Below are positions 25,154 to 39,681 of a stretch of DNA of 64,000 bases, piece by piece. The notes beneath the pieces were generated by a model. The model worked only from the letters and a program-made list of their open reading frames with translations. It did no database searches and had not been told where the DNA came from. The stretch lies in the NCBI GenBank assembly GCA_040954595.2, contig CM082576.2, positions 8,063,129-8,127,128 of the forward strand, written 5' to 3'. This DNA comes from Balanoglossus misakiensis (lineage: Eukaryota; Animalia; Hemichordata). Position 1 is the first letter of the stretch. Every line of letters starts with the position of its first letter. The position numbers and the translations under genes are program-made.

Positions 25154-28100
25154 ATGACTGCGTGTGTGGGAGAGGGCCGTAAGTGGATTCTGAAGTTCCA
25201 CTTTGGCGTTGCAAAGGGGGTAGCCGATAACTTCATAATGAACATGTTACCACTTCATCGTCTGTGAATGAGAAACACACAATATTATGGTCACGCCTTT
25301 GCCCCCATCTCACGCACTCCGGCTTGGTTTTCCAAATTCTAGAGTGGAACGGACAAACCGGGGAGGGTTTTACTTTACACCACCAAGCTGTGTGTGGTAG
25401 TGACATGTAAGCAGATAGTTTAATGGGTTTCACCCTAGCCTGTCCAGTTTCCCTTAAATTCAGTGTGACGTTGCACCTGTGGGCTTCACGATGGACGTGG
25501 ACTGGTGTGAAAATATTTTTTATTTTAAATCACTTGAACCGAATTTTCTATGCAGTCAAATATTTATCAAAAAACGCAATTACCATTTTCGCCGAAGCGT
25601 TTGTGTGAGTCACCGTATTATTCAGAGCCCAGTCCCCCCCCCTGTCGGCGGAATATGACCGGCCTTGTGACTCCGCTCCTCGCGCCCACTCACCCGGGAG
25701 ATTCTTGGCAGTAAAACAGCAGCCATGCGATAATAGCCGTGTGGTCGTGGTAGATAAATAGAGCGATCCCCTCGGATTGCCCGTGTTGACAAAAGTCATA
25801 TTGACACAACGGGTAATTGGCACCACGGCGAGAGTTGGCTGTCCTCCCCGAGTATATTTAATAATTTCTTAGGAAAACAAACGTCCAGTCCACGCCCCTT
25901 GTCTGCCTCCGTGACACACTGGAGTCAGAAAGTAACCAAAATAGAGGCACCCAGCGAAGGTAAATAAATAAATATATTATGACAGGGCTGACTGGCTACC
26001 TCTATAAATTACATGCCTTCCGTTCAGTCAGTTGAAAACTTCATTTAGTTTGTGTATACTGGGAGTTGTTACTTGAAGAAGCACTTAGTTTTATCGGTCT
26101 ATCAGCCTATTGAGAAGGTGATACTAGAAGCCTGGGAAATCAGCTCATATGCACAAATACAATCCCCGCCATTTACAGGCACTTCAAGTGCAAAACACCA
26201 GGCCTGGGTTGAGTTCGAGAAAGAGCCGCTCGCATTGGTCAGTTAATTGTGTTTACACAGTATCATTAGCGAACGCGGGGGTATCAAGACCGGCCACCTC
26301 CGGTAGCTCGTCAACGGAAATCGGGGGAAAATATCAACGGCGACTGCAGTGGCTCCCCCTACACCGGAGGGATATTTATTGGGAATAGGAAGGGGGTAAG
26401 GTCCGTCTGCGTGTGCTGTATGCGGGTCAGCATGCGGTACTAATGCCTGGTGGCGTAATTTGCTCGCCAGTGTACCGATAAAAGTTGTCGGCCGGGGCTG
26501 GGCCGGTCGACTGGAGCCATAGCCCAAATCCATCACCAACTGTTAGAGGTTATCGGATACACTCCGAAGATATTGCAAGTGTTAATCGCTGCGACAATAA
26601 TATGATGGTGGCGTCTGTTGATTGAAATCAGCGTTGGAGATGATAACGCTATTTCTTCCTTCTTTTGTATGCGGGTGCCGAGAGGGATGCTAAGTCCAAC
26701 CAAGCAAGACTCGCATATACACAGCGCGGCACCACATATCACAATATCCCAGTTAAAAGTATATTCGATGGATTGTGCAGCCCCCCAGAAAATTGATTCC
26801 GCGCATCCTATCTTAATATTCCTCCTTGCAAGATGCCACCAACGATGCATGATGGGAAATAATTTTTACTTTTATATCTTTGAGGGAAAGTGTGCGCACA
26901 GAAACTAATACTTCTCAGATCTCTGGTCCGTTGGAAGTGATGTTTTTTTTAGAGGGGGGAGATTTGGTGGGACAAGCAGCAATAGAGGCTGGTTTGTATG
27001 CGTACATGGCAAGGAGTGATTAAATCAGAGCCTCGCCACCGCAGGCTACGCTCCACCGCGCTGCATTAAAAATCAATTTACAGGCCTCAACTCCCGAAAT
27101 GAAAGAGCCGGGGCGCCCGGAGTTTGATTCTTCTCTCTCTCTCCCCCCCCCCCCCGCAACAGTTTCTCTGACTGATCGAGAAAGTGTGGTGGGTCGTGAC
27201 ACCGCTGACCGATACTGGCCTGAAGCGCGCAGCCCCTGTGTAAACATCGAATCAATTCCGCCAAGACCCGACCAGGCATCGCTAAAACGATACAACGGTG
27301 TATATGTGCGGTGTATTTGCGTCGGTGTGTTTTTGTTTTACACGGGGCGCAGACTGCGGGCGAATATTAAAATGCTGAGAAAACAAACAGAATGGAGACT
27401 GCGGCGGCCCCGTCCCGGTGGTTTGCATGTCCTGGATGGCAGTTGATTCGTTCTTAATCTCCCTCCGCTGGAGACTCAGACAGTCCATCATACCGCAGCT
27501 TAAAGACTCTTCCCGGTGACGTTGTCCAGACGCCAAACATTCTCAGGCCTCTTTATAATATGCTTCTGCGCAATCGCTAACATTATTAAACAATCAAAAC
27601 AAGAAGATAAACCAACCATTCGATGATTTCAAACAAATCATTTCCCTTCGAAACTTCTGATTTTCTACGATTTGGACGAAATTTCATTAATGCGCGGTTA
27701 GGATTGCGTTATTTTGGTGACTTCTTCGTGATACATTACAAGTAACTTATGAAAAAATTATGTGGCCCAGTCCAAAATCAGAAAAAATCTGGTTTGCGTT
27801 GAAAAAGGGATTTTTTGTTGACGTTCTGCACGGCTATGTCGCGTTATAGAGTTCCTCTCCGTCGTCAGGAACTGTGCAGACTTGTGTGCAAAAATAAGTC
27901 TTCACTTCGCTGCCGCAATAAAGGGCAGAGTGTGGCTGTGGCGACTTCTGCCCTCACGTGTTTATGCTGAACAACGTCATTAAGTGCCAACTTGTGGTTC
28001 TCTCTCTTTTTCTGTAATGCCCATCTCCGTGCCAAACCAACACGCCGCGACGCAGAAGCGCAGGGGAAATGGCAAGTTGCTTTTCGCGATATGTGAAAAT

Positions 28101-28318
28101 ACTGAACGAATTCCACATTACAGCTGTTGGTCGCTAAAATGCCGTTTCTGTCATCATCGATTTGACGCCCCACTTGCTTGAGTTTTACCATGATTCCGCC
28201 AATGAAGATCACGCAATGAATCAGTTAAATATATTATATAGTATCTGCGCCTTCTATTTCCAGCTTCTGACACTGATTTTCAGCCACGATATAAAACATA
28301 TCTTTGATGATAGTATTA

Positions 28319-28319
28319 G

Positions 28320-28378
<59 letters not shown>

Positions 28379-28432
28379 TCGTCTCTGTTGTTATTAGTAC
28401 TAGTACCACCACCACCACCACCACCACCACCA
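28319..28432. repeat. (GAT)n and (ACC)n trinucleotide repeats
   Basis: Direct reading. Confidence 0.95.
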
Positions 28433-29436
28433 CATTATGGAGAGAAGAGTGTTTTTATAGCACTGGAGAGCAATTTCTTATTCCACTTCTGGTTTGCGAT
28501 CACGCTGGTTCAATTATTAAGACACTCGGGATCTGGTAAACAGATAAGCCATGACACTATACTATTCTGTGTTATTACGGTAGCTCTGATTTTGTTTATC
28601 GCGGACGGCGAGATAGGCAATGATTTTCAGAAATGCAGAAAAAAAACTTATCGACAAACACTGCGATTACAGAGAAGTGAAGAAAGGTCAGGATATGAGA
28701 TAAACAGCTTGATGGTCACGGTACTGATGCTATGAATCACGCAGAGATTTAGAACCCAACGGAAAACACATCGTTAATTTGTGAAAGCCTTTAACGAAAG
28801 TTACATTCATAGGACCATGTTTCCCCCTGTTATGAGTCTAAATTTAAACAAACTGAATAAAAAGGAACGTGTTTCTGCGCCGAAAATGCAGTTCGTTATA
28901 AAGTTGTTGCCGTTCGCTCTTGGAGAATACGACACCTGTTGGGAGGAACAGTGGCCAGCGCCTTGAGAGAGCCAAGACATTAATTTGACGTGCATTGTCA
29001 GTTTTCCTCCACTCGGAGATTTGCGTGGCCCCGAGGCGGGCTACTCGGTGATTAACGACAGCTTTTCGGGAGTCATATATCAACTGCGTGACTTCGGAGT
29101 GGCGGAGTTGTTGTGAGTGATCCGTGGAAACATGACCGACAAAAGCGAAACGGGGCTGAAAGCCTTGGGAGTTGGCGGATCACCAGTGGTCGGACACACT
29201 GCGTTCGTGATTCTGGAAGTTTTGACGAACTCCGTCTCAACAGTAATCACGCATGCCCCAAGGGCAGGCAGTTTGTTTCGGCATTCGAGACACCTTTACA
29301 AATGTGAAAAACCTCTGCCTATAGTGAGCAGGCCAGTGGCAATTAGAAGACACTGCCCACGAGTTTTTGATAATGAACGCGGCAAACTTGGGCTGTGTCA
29401 CAGTGGTTGCCGTGGTTTTGTTTGAAGAAACCAAGT

Positions 29437-29626
29437 AATGACGACGATAACAAGGGCGATGGCGGTATCGGTGATAATAATGATGATGGTGATACCAGCT
29501 GCAGTTAGCTGATAATGTGGATGATTTAACACTACGACAACGACGATGTTGTCGTCGTAGTTGTTGTTGTTGTTGCTGGTGGTGATGGTGACGATGATGG
29601 TGACGGTAGTGGTGGTGGTGGTGGTC

Positions 29627-29703
<77 letters not shown>

Positions 29704-29710
29704 TGATGAT
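29437..29710. repeat. Degenerate compound triplet repeat (GAT/GTT/GGT) with pure (GAT)n at ~29627-29701
   Basis: Direct reading. Confidence 0.93.
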
Positions 29711-30647
29711 CACAGTGTAAAGTCGTGGTGGAAAGACGGACAATGCCTTTCAGTTTTCAACAATGTGATTTTTCGAATTTCTAAAATAACACAACCAGGA
29801 ACTGTTGTTATGGAAACGATGGGAATCGGTCGTGCGGATAAGACAGTCACCATAGATTTTCTTCAGGGCGTGGTGTTTTCATGAATGATATATTTCATGT
29901 TTAAAAACGTGAAGCGTGGAACATTCCATTGTAACCATTAAATAATAGAAAAATCGCTCACGGTTTTTAAAGAAATTGAAGTTCAAGTCATATATCCTTC
30001 TTTTAAATCCCTTTAAAGTTGAATCGATAGTGACTAAACTGCTCGATGAAACCATTCACAATGTACGCGAGCTTCCGGCAAATCGAAAATCCAGTGAAAC
30101 AAAATATATCCCTAGTACAGCCAGTACAATGTTCCCATCGCCCTATAATTACATGTAATTCAAAACAATGTTAAACTGGAAAGACCAACATAACAAAGAA
30201 ACCCACGAGATTCCGCTAAATTGATTGAAAGAGAGTCCCTTTATCATTCAGCATTCTACTTCAGTTTGTGGCTTGTGGTGAATTTGACCTAGGCAAATAT
30301 AAAAAAAGACTGTCACCGGCGCACTCTTAATCTCATAACATTTATTTTATTCTCAATTAAAGGAGGCTAGGCGACCAGCCGCTTTTTCATTCTCTTGGCC
30401 ACCTCGTAGCGTCGTTGGCCGACATGAGTGGTGGCTGACTGGATTAAAGGCAGGGGAAAATTAGGCCCGTTTGTTGAGCGACACACAATACACCAGTAGG
30501 GGTTTTGACAAAGACAGACGGTGACACATGTCACACACAATAGGGTTATGCTGTTTGAAACAAACCCAACACAGAGCTGAGGCCACTGCAGTCGAGTAAT
30601 TAACGGCCTGGTGAGAGTGAACTTTATCCTACAATATTCAATGGCAT

Positions 30648-30876
<229 letters not shown>

Positions 30877-33800
30877 TTAGAATGATGAATATATTTTATC
30901 CGTCTACTCAGAATCGATCGACACTAGACTATTATCGCTAACAGCGATCATCGCCGTAATGTGAACAATAGAATAAAAGACGATCAAATTGCAATTTGTT
31001 GAAACAACAACCGACTGAGAATTTTGCCCCGACAAGATTAAATGAGAAAACGTGCTCCAGTAAATATCCTCCAACGTAATACACCTCCATCTGTCTCTGT
31101 CATTTGTTATAATTAAACGAGAAAGCAACTGCATGCAGACATATCGCAGAGACCCAAAGTAATTTCAGCGCCGTGAATTTATGATATGGTGGACTTCGGT
31201 TAAGGCGCACTGCGTCGACAAGAACGTCTACGTACGTGCAACAACGCCATGAAAAAAAACTTAGCAGGTTGCTCACACAATATTTGGTACGTCATAAATA
31301 TGGAGAGAAAAAAAACTTTGATTCCTCGGGGTCCCCTTGAATGATGATCATCCGGGTATTTTGGTACGTGCAGAGGGAACCAAAACGGGGTCGGTCGGAT
31401 TGAAGTAAATGTGCAAACAGTTCGGGCCAATCTAGTCAAACAAAAGCCCGCTGAAAATTATGTTTTTGTTTTCAAATAGACCTGCTCATTAAAGCGGCTT
31501 ATAAAAACTCTCTTTGGAGACTGGCTGGGTACCCAGACACTGTTCATGCTCACATGCGCGTGTAAGAATACAGAGCCGCGTTATTGCATGCTGTTCTGGA
31601 AAAGTTTTTTTGTCGGCATTATCCCTGTATTTTGATAAAACTCGAGATAACATATATGAAGTGATGAGTGGACGGTCGATCTGCGATGGGCAAGTCGTGA
31701 GCATGGCCTGAGTCCGACAAGGGGAGTCAATTTGCATATTAATGAGAGCGTTGGAGATCCGTGGGAAAAACGGGTCGCACTCCGTAGGATAAGTAGCGAC
31801 GCTGTAAATTATGGTCAAATTAATCTTTGTAATAATTTAACGAGGATTTGAGTTGTCGTTTGTATTGAGTCATTTAAACCAATTATCGGGGTGATCAACA
31901 GAAATAACCGTATGCAATCTAACTTCTTGCGAACACAAATACCTATTTTATTTTGACTCGCAGAGAATTGCATTCGCCCCAGTTCTCTATTTCACCCGAA
32001 GCACCTGCATACATAGACACTCCATGCGTAATATACATATACAAACAGACGCACGTAATCTGTCGTCTTGTTAAACTTCCTAATATTGTATTCCCGTCCG
32101 TTATCTAAACATAGGAAAGCAGTTATTTGAAGAGCAAACTCGCCGTTTGAATGCAATCGGTGAATGGTCCCTTCTCGGGTGCGCAATTTACCCACGAGTT
32201 AAACGATACAGCATCCACCACCACAAAGTCAATTTATATTTTAAAATGTTGTTTTGTTGATAGGTAATGTAATCAAAGTTAATGGCTTTTTGATAATGAT
32301 TTCAATAAGTTAAATAACAATCGCACTCGTGGATTACACCCCCTTCTCAAAAAGGAGAAAATCTAATTATTCTTTGGCTGAAATTCTAAAGAGGTATAGA
32401 ATCACCTGGCGAGGAATTGGGATTTTTTGTGGTTGTACGCTCGATGTGGAGCAGGTCACTTTTCTTAAGGAATTAATTATTCCCCGTGATTAGATTGAAA
32501 TTTACGGCCACCGCCTTTGTTGGCAGTCGAGAGATCAATGCCGTTGATCATAAATTGTTTACACAAGAAAACGCACACGAAAACATTCAACTTCTGAAAT
32601 ATTGATAGCAAAGTGACTGATCCTTAATAATTCGTGGAATCGGCTTGATCGTGTCAAATGAATGGGGGCTAGGCGCTCGCTATAGCTAGGCGCAGTTTGT
32701 GCTATTGTATTGTGTTCTGCTGAATGTTATGCTTTTCTTTGTCGGATTGTTTCCAAAATCCCGCCAATGCCATTTGCACGGACATGCGCCGCGTTCATCC
32801 CCTTTAAAAAACAGTGCCACACACACATTCTAACGGAATGGTCAGAACATACGGTCGTTAAACGTTTGCAATTCAAAGTATTGTGTTTTCATTTGTTTCA
32901 TTAAGGCCATTGGTGGGGTCGATAAATTTTTAACTGGGTATATCGGTCGTCAGCTTCCGACGATTAATTATAACAAACCAGAAGAAATAAGCGGGTTCTT
33001 GAGGAAGCCAACACTTCTAAATTGACAATTCTGCAAGGAAAAGCCATTAAAATTTCTCGCTTTGCCTGGCCACATTTGTAATACAGTGATTGTCGAGTCG
33101 ATCGTAAGCCATGTTACTACTACCAGTACTGGTAGGACTCGAGTCGTCTGGTGCATGGGTAGAATATGCGAATCTGTGCCTTTGTTGAAAATGTAGTTTT
33201 TGTTTTTATGTCAAACGCCACAGAAGAATCTCAGTCCCAACCAAGCAAAAGAAAAACACAACAACAATAGCTGAACCCGTAAAGATAAAGGAGGGTTAGC
33301 ATTTGCCATTCATCTAGTAATCTACTGGACTTTCTTGGCACCGCTCTCCGAGTCAACAAAATCTTTCTCAGGAACACAAAACTTGGTTGACGGCTTTAGA
33401 GGCACACAATCGAACGGCGAACAAAACCAAATCCCGCCGTCAACGAATTGTCGAGCCAACAACGGTAACTCACATCGCTGGATCGGATCACACGTGTAAT
33501 CTGCACTGTTATCTACCAGTAATCCCCCACCTCCTCCAAAGACGGTTTTGTCTGGAGATCAAGAATTACCAACCCGCTTAGAAAAAAGCCGTCCGGTACC
33601 ATTGTGTGATTTTTTTTCTTTCAAACCATGGGAGGAAAATCCGCAAAATTCTGAGTTCCTGGGGAACATTTCCGGGTGAGTTCACTCATCTTTTAATCAG
33701 GATCAACAGTGATTTTTGGCGGAGGCCACCCCTAAACTAACAAGATCCGGGACCTGTATCGAGGCCCTCGGCTTCTCTCTTATTTGGAACGTCAAAAACA

Positions 33801-36800
33801 AAACAAACATTTACTGGGCAAATTTTGAAATCCGTGCGGGTCATGCAATAAGAAAATTGTGGAATTTGTATGGTATCTGAGAGAATGAGAAATAAAGATG
33901 CGAGATAAAGAAAAATCTAAATTGTAAATAAAAGCAAACAAACTAAGTCTCGGTAAGTTTCACTATCGACATTGAAAACGAGACTGGTTGCACTATTGGG
34001 CGTCCATGGTTGCTCTGACATGGAGCTCCGCCATATTGCGGACTACCAACAGGTTGTTAATTATGTCGAAGTTTGTGCCCTAGAAGGCAGTCTCTCAAAT
34101 TTGGGAAAATATTATTTTTAAAAATGAAAATTTTAAAATTTAGTGAAATGTGATGATTTGTGGAATTTAGTTGAGAGGTCGGTGTGACTTCCCGTAAGGC
34201 GGATATTCAATTTCCCGCACGACAGTACTACATGTATTCAGTTTTAGCGGGAAAACACCGTCGGTGTCAACTAGGCTAAGATATGTGACACCGCACGCAA
34301 TGATGAAGTGTCAGAATTCGAACAATAAAACTGCAATTCTTCATTATATTGCCGTTTGAAGGAAGGGGAATTAAAAGTAAACGAGATTTGTCAGAAACCC
34401 GGAAGAGAGACAAGTGGGTACGTGCAAACTAGTTCCGTATTAACCCGGCTCTGCAATTGTGTAATGCCGGACGGTAACGCACGTCGGAGTCATTAAAAGC
34501 CTTTTATGCTCTCTTTGGTTTATACAATGGTTTGATAAACTCGAGTCAATCTACCGGGTGACAGTCCCGTCCCCGTCGTAGTTTCTCATCGGCCTCACCC
34601 CCCCCCCCCTACAAACAGCAAAAAAAACGATGGCAGGTCGAACAGCACGCACAAGTAATATTTGCGATCAGGCAGCGAAGCGTGCCACGCAGGAGAGACA
34701 CGAAGCCTTGGAAACAAAATATAGACATTTTGTTTGCCAGGTACACTGGGGATAGAGTAAACGGCGCGACTGCGACAAACCCAGCGTGTCGCAGTCTCTC
34801 CGGGCTCGGGAAGTGGCTGAACACGGGGTAACATCCGCGTTGCCGGGAAACGCGAGTGGGGACAATTTCCTGCCGTGTCAGCGAGACGCTGTCCCGCGCC
34901 CTTGTCTGCAGTAAATTCGATACCGAAATTGATTATAAAGCAAAGACAAAATGTCGGGTAATTTCATTAATACTGGCGGTACATGTTGCTGCTCGACTGA
35001 TCGGAGTCAATTTTTGTTCATCGAGTGCAATCTAGACGGGGCGCTTATTTAAAACAAATAGTGGCGAGTGACGGCTACACGCGGCCATCATTATTTTCCC
35101 ACGATTTCGAAGCAAGTAGATGGTGGAACGCAATTTAGAAAACAATTACCGCCATTCGCCAATGTTTATTTAACGTATTATAACGATGTTAACTGTCCGT
35201 TTCATTGCAATTATAAACACATACATTTCGTAGTGCGAGGTCTCTCAATAGGGCGACACGTCCAACTGGCCTCCGTTAATGGAAAATTATAATATTTCGA
35301 TGATTGATAACGTCTATTGTGCCAATCCTGGCGAAAAGAGCCTTTGCTTCCGCGCCATTGTTTTAGTGTAATGATATTGTACTATCTTGCTCGGATCAGT
35401 TTCATGAACGTGCCACATATGCGTGGTCTCTCATTGGCTGGCCACGGGACTCGGTTACAACCCCCCTTCTTCCCCTCAAACCATGCCATCTTTTCTAATT
35501 ATCCATCCCAGGGACAATGACGCTCGTTCTCCACACACGTGCTGCGCCAGGCTTGAAATTCAAATTAGGCAGAGCTTTCCCTTTGTTTTGTTTTTTATTT
35601 TATTTTTTATTAAAAAGCCTATCTTTCACCCAAGGGAGCAATATTCGTCTTATTTAAAAATCGAAAAAAAATGCGATTTTTTGTGTGATTTAAAATTTAA
35701 GAAAGAATGCATCGTTCGATTTCACACCATGTCAGTAAACCTGCCTCGTGATGTTATAGTAACTACGACAGTACTCTCAGCAGAAACGATATATTGTACC
35801 CCCCCCCGTCCCTCCCATTTCTCGGCCACGGTTCTCAGCTCGCCCTCCGCCCTCCCAACTCTCAAAACCCCTCCACACTCTCTATATTCGACATCGAACG
35901 TGCCAATCATGAAACCCAAAACTGGCGTCAAATCGAACCATGTTCCCTGACAAAAGAGGAGAGCGTTTGTAAAACAGGAAAGTGTGAACAAAGAGGAAAG
36001 AGTACCCCAACGATCAACTCGAGACGGTCAAAAAGTTCAGACAGTAAGTCATAAATTTACACTGCCAAAAAATGGGAAACGCCCCTACCCGTCTTTCATT
36101 TATTTTTGGCCGTGGGTTACTATTCCCAATGAAAAAGAGTAATTAAGTTGGGCTAGATATTATAAAGATGTAAAGTTTTAAATAAAACGATAACGAACAA
36201 AAGAACGCATCTATAACCTTCAGTTGAAAGAACAATAGTTGCATAACTTTTGACGTTTTTTTCTCTCATTGTACCCGTACAGCGCGAAGAAACGTACCCC
36301 TACTCTTTGGCTTGTCAACATGAAACCCTTGTGTTTTTTGTTGATAATTTATTTTTTTGCCAGTCCGGACTTCAATGCAATCATTGCGAACACCGACGGC
36401 GCATGTCAGTACTGAGTCGAGTGAGAAACACTAGTTGATGCATTGGGCATAATATTTTTTAAATGACAGGGGAATTGGTCATCTCCCCGATAGAAAGCTC
36501 CTCAGCCCCTGTTCACTGTTACGCTTTATGACATTTGCCGTTTCCCCTTTTTGGTCACAGAGAGATCGCAGCAGCTTGGCAAATCATTATGGATTATTTT
36601 CTCTTTCTGAACACAGTGTTCAAAATAGAGATACGTATACCTCATCACAGGGGAAGTAAGATCAGATTTTTATCCAGCTTTGTTTGCTTCTTTGTGTCGC
36701 CAAGGAAACAATAAAAAAAACTTGCTGTGGGGAATGGAAATTTTCTAATGACAACTGCAGAGTGAAATGTAAGAAAGAATTGCAGCTAAAAAGCATTTTA

Positions 36801-38589
36801 CGGGTTCACTGTAGTAGTATTTTTTTTATTATCGCTGAAGAACAGTTTTACAACGAACAATCAAAACTGAATGTATGATAAGCTGCGGTCAGTTCAGCGT
36901 AGAAGTGGTCTTTTGTTGCGTCATTGTATTCAAAGAGATAAATCATAAAGAACGATAACAACATGGCATCTGAGAGTGAATCGGTCTCGGGAGACACGGA
37001 GATCTAGTCCGCTGGAAAAGGATCGCCTCGACAACCACTCGCTGGCTGGCTCGCTGGCTGGCTACCCGCATGGTTGAAGCGCTCGGATTAATTTCTGAAA
37101 TGTTACACCCGTGGAATTGAAAAAGACCCGCTCCATTAGGGACTTCAGCGCCGCAAACATCACCTGAGTGCTCATTACGAAGATCGATGTGTCACCACGT
37201 GTTCTTGTAGACATACGTGCAGGTGTGATGAAGTCCGAACGCGAGCCCCCCCCCCCCTACCCCCCCCCCCTTTCATTTCATTTCCGCCTCAACAAGTAAA
37301 GGAGACCCCGCCCGTCTATATCTCTTGCTGGCCCGAGTTTGTATTATTCTACCCCTGTACGACTGTTGGCACCAACATCAATTCCTAGTAGGCGCTCGTT
37401 GTGACAATGCACGATCTGCTGACCGCGTCCTACCAGTTGACAAACTCATTACCGGCGAGGAAGGGATTAAAGTCAAATCGCGCTTGAAATTGACAGCTTT
37501 TTAAAACCTACGGGCAAGAGTATTGATTTTAACAATAATACAATTTCCTGCCACTTCTGTCGCTTTCGCCAATCCACTCTGGTGCCATATCCCCCGTCTT
37601 TGACGGTTCATTGCATTCGGAGAAATCGCAAAATGTGTCATGTCGAGAAGTCATGTCCACCGTGTGACAAATTTCATGCATGGCGGCCCATGCCACGGTG
37701 GTTTATTTTCTAAATCACTTTCCAATGGTGATTGGAGGGTCGGCACCACGCGTGCGCCGGTCTCTCTGTTTGACCAAATTGTAAGACACGTGTTGATGTT
37801 CACGTTCACCGCCTCGGAGCACGTACCGTGCGCACATTAATCCTGGGTGATTACTGTTCAGATGAAAGTCAGAATGCTTATCATAAAGTTAGTTCTGCTC
37901 ACAGAAAAATGGCAGACGGATTCACACGTGAAAACAGAGGAAAATGACACACAAAAAATTAATACATGTATGTCAAATCTGTTGAAATTTTCAGTACTGT
38001 TGGCCGGCACTGAAATTATTTACCATGCAACAAATGGTTTCGGGCCTGACGCACGTTCAATACCGTAAAGTGTGGGGTGAACGCTCGTTAACCCGGTAGA
38101 ACTTCGGTTTCCCCTACTTGTCATCACACAGATAACACGGTCTTTGTCACGGTCTGACCCGTCAAATTGGTCGCGGTGACACCGTTCGGCTTTCACCGGT
38201 ACTGGCACTTCCGACTAAAAAAAAAACGATTGTTCAGGTCGTTATTTCCCACCGCAGACACGCGCCCAGTCGCGTTGCAACCATGGCAACCGGATCGAAC
38301 AATGAAAATGCGCCCAGTGTCTTCGACGAGCAACGTAAAGACGTATCGCCGAAGACCATCCATGTCGCTTGATTTTTATTTTTCGGCGAGCGCAAAGCAA
38401 CATTCTTCTTTAGGACTACACGCCGATTTCATTTGCTCGACCATGTGTGTATCTCGGATTTCTTCTTCAAATTGTTGCAAAGAAAGTCTGTAAATCAAAG
38501 AGAGCAATGGAACGTTATGCACATTTCTCTTCTTTCGATTCTGGGAACCCCAAATCAGCCAATATTCTTAAAAGAGCGTACCAATGGGA

Positions 38590-38755
38590 AAGAAAGATGA
38601 GGAGTTGGGGTGAGGAGGAGGCGATAGAGGGCGGGGGAGAGAGAGTGAGTGAGTGAGGAGGGAGAGAGACAAATGTAAAGTGGGAGGGAGAGAGAGAGAG
38701 AGGAGGGTAAAAACAAAGGGATGTAGGGAGGTAGGAAGAGAGAGACAAAGAAAGA
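38590..38755. repeat. Purine-rich (GA/GGA) low-complexity tract
   Basis: Plus strand is strongly purine-biased with GAGA/GAGG runs. Confidence 0.7.
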
Positions 38756-39131
38756 CTGACATAGTATTTTTAGCGTCTGATGTTACCCCGATCGACCAGT
38801 TGTCTGAGATACAAACTTTAAGTCAATATATCTGCTATTAAACACCGCTTACACGAAGGAAAATAACATAAAAATTGCTTGTGACGGTTCCACGAGCCGT
38901 GTAACTGAACCGGGTATTGTTTTAGCCTCGATGTCGTAATACGCCGCCGCGCGTGGACCCACTGCATTGGTATCGGTAAGAGGTGTGTCACGGCTGTGGC
39001 GTACCGTTTTGCGGCACATGACATTTCACAGAAGAAGGCAATCAAGTGGATGTGAAGAGGAACGTGTGGGATTTGTAGGACGGCGTTTACAGGTTAGGTT
39101 TTGCTTTAAGTTCTCTCTGACTCGGATCATG

Positions 39132-39151
39132 CATAGACCCTAGGGTCTATG
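39132..39151. mobile_element. 20-bp perfect palindrome flanked by a 7-bp duplication; probable DNA-transposon footprint or mini-element (P-like CAT..ATG ends)
   Basis: CATAGACCCTAGGGTCTATG is self-complementary. GATCATG sits immediately on both sides (39125-39131 and 39152-39158). Confidence 0.65.
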
Positions 39152-39422
39152 GATCATGGCACTGCGCGGCCGGTCGGATTCGTGCTGAAAACCCAGACCC
39201 GGCGTCGGCCAGTGCATGGCTGATTGGGTTCACATTATTATTAACGGCGGCCGTTTTGTCGACTCCTTTGTGTCGGGATTCATAATGTTCATGGCTCTCT
39301 GCTCGGCTATTTTTACCTCTTTAAAAATTGCACTTGGTTTAGCCCCTCAGAGATGAACAGAAATCTAACGACGATGACGATTTTGTGTCCGTCATCGTAT
39401 TGCATTGGGTCAGTGAATAGCT

Positions 39423-39493
39423 GATGATGGTGATGAATGTGGTGGTGGTGGTGGTGGTGGTGGTCGTCCTCCTCCTCCTCCTCCTCCTCCTCC

Positions 39494-39582
<89 letters not shown>

Positions 39583-39624
39583 GTGGTGGTGGTGGTGGTG
39601 GTGACGATGACGATGATGATGAAT

Positions 39625-39677
<53 letters not shown>

Positions 39678-39681
39678 GTGA
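39423..39681. repeat. Compound triplet repeat (GGT)n(CCT)n(CAT)n(GGT)n(GAT)n
   Basis: (CAT)n at 39495-39581 and (GAT)n at 39626-39676. Confidence 0.95.

Noticed and set aside
33946-33985. AGTCTCG...CGAGACT mini-hairpin resembling the MITE termini
   Set aside because: Only 7-bp arms, lacks the terminal T/A, and has no flanking TSD.
34968-34990. TAATACTG, a miR-200/miR-8-like seed
   Set aside because: The remainder diverges and the putative 5' arm pairs poorly.
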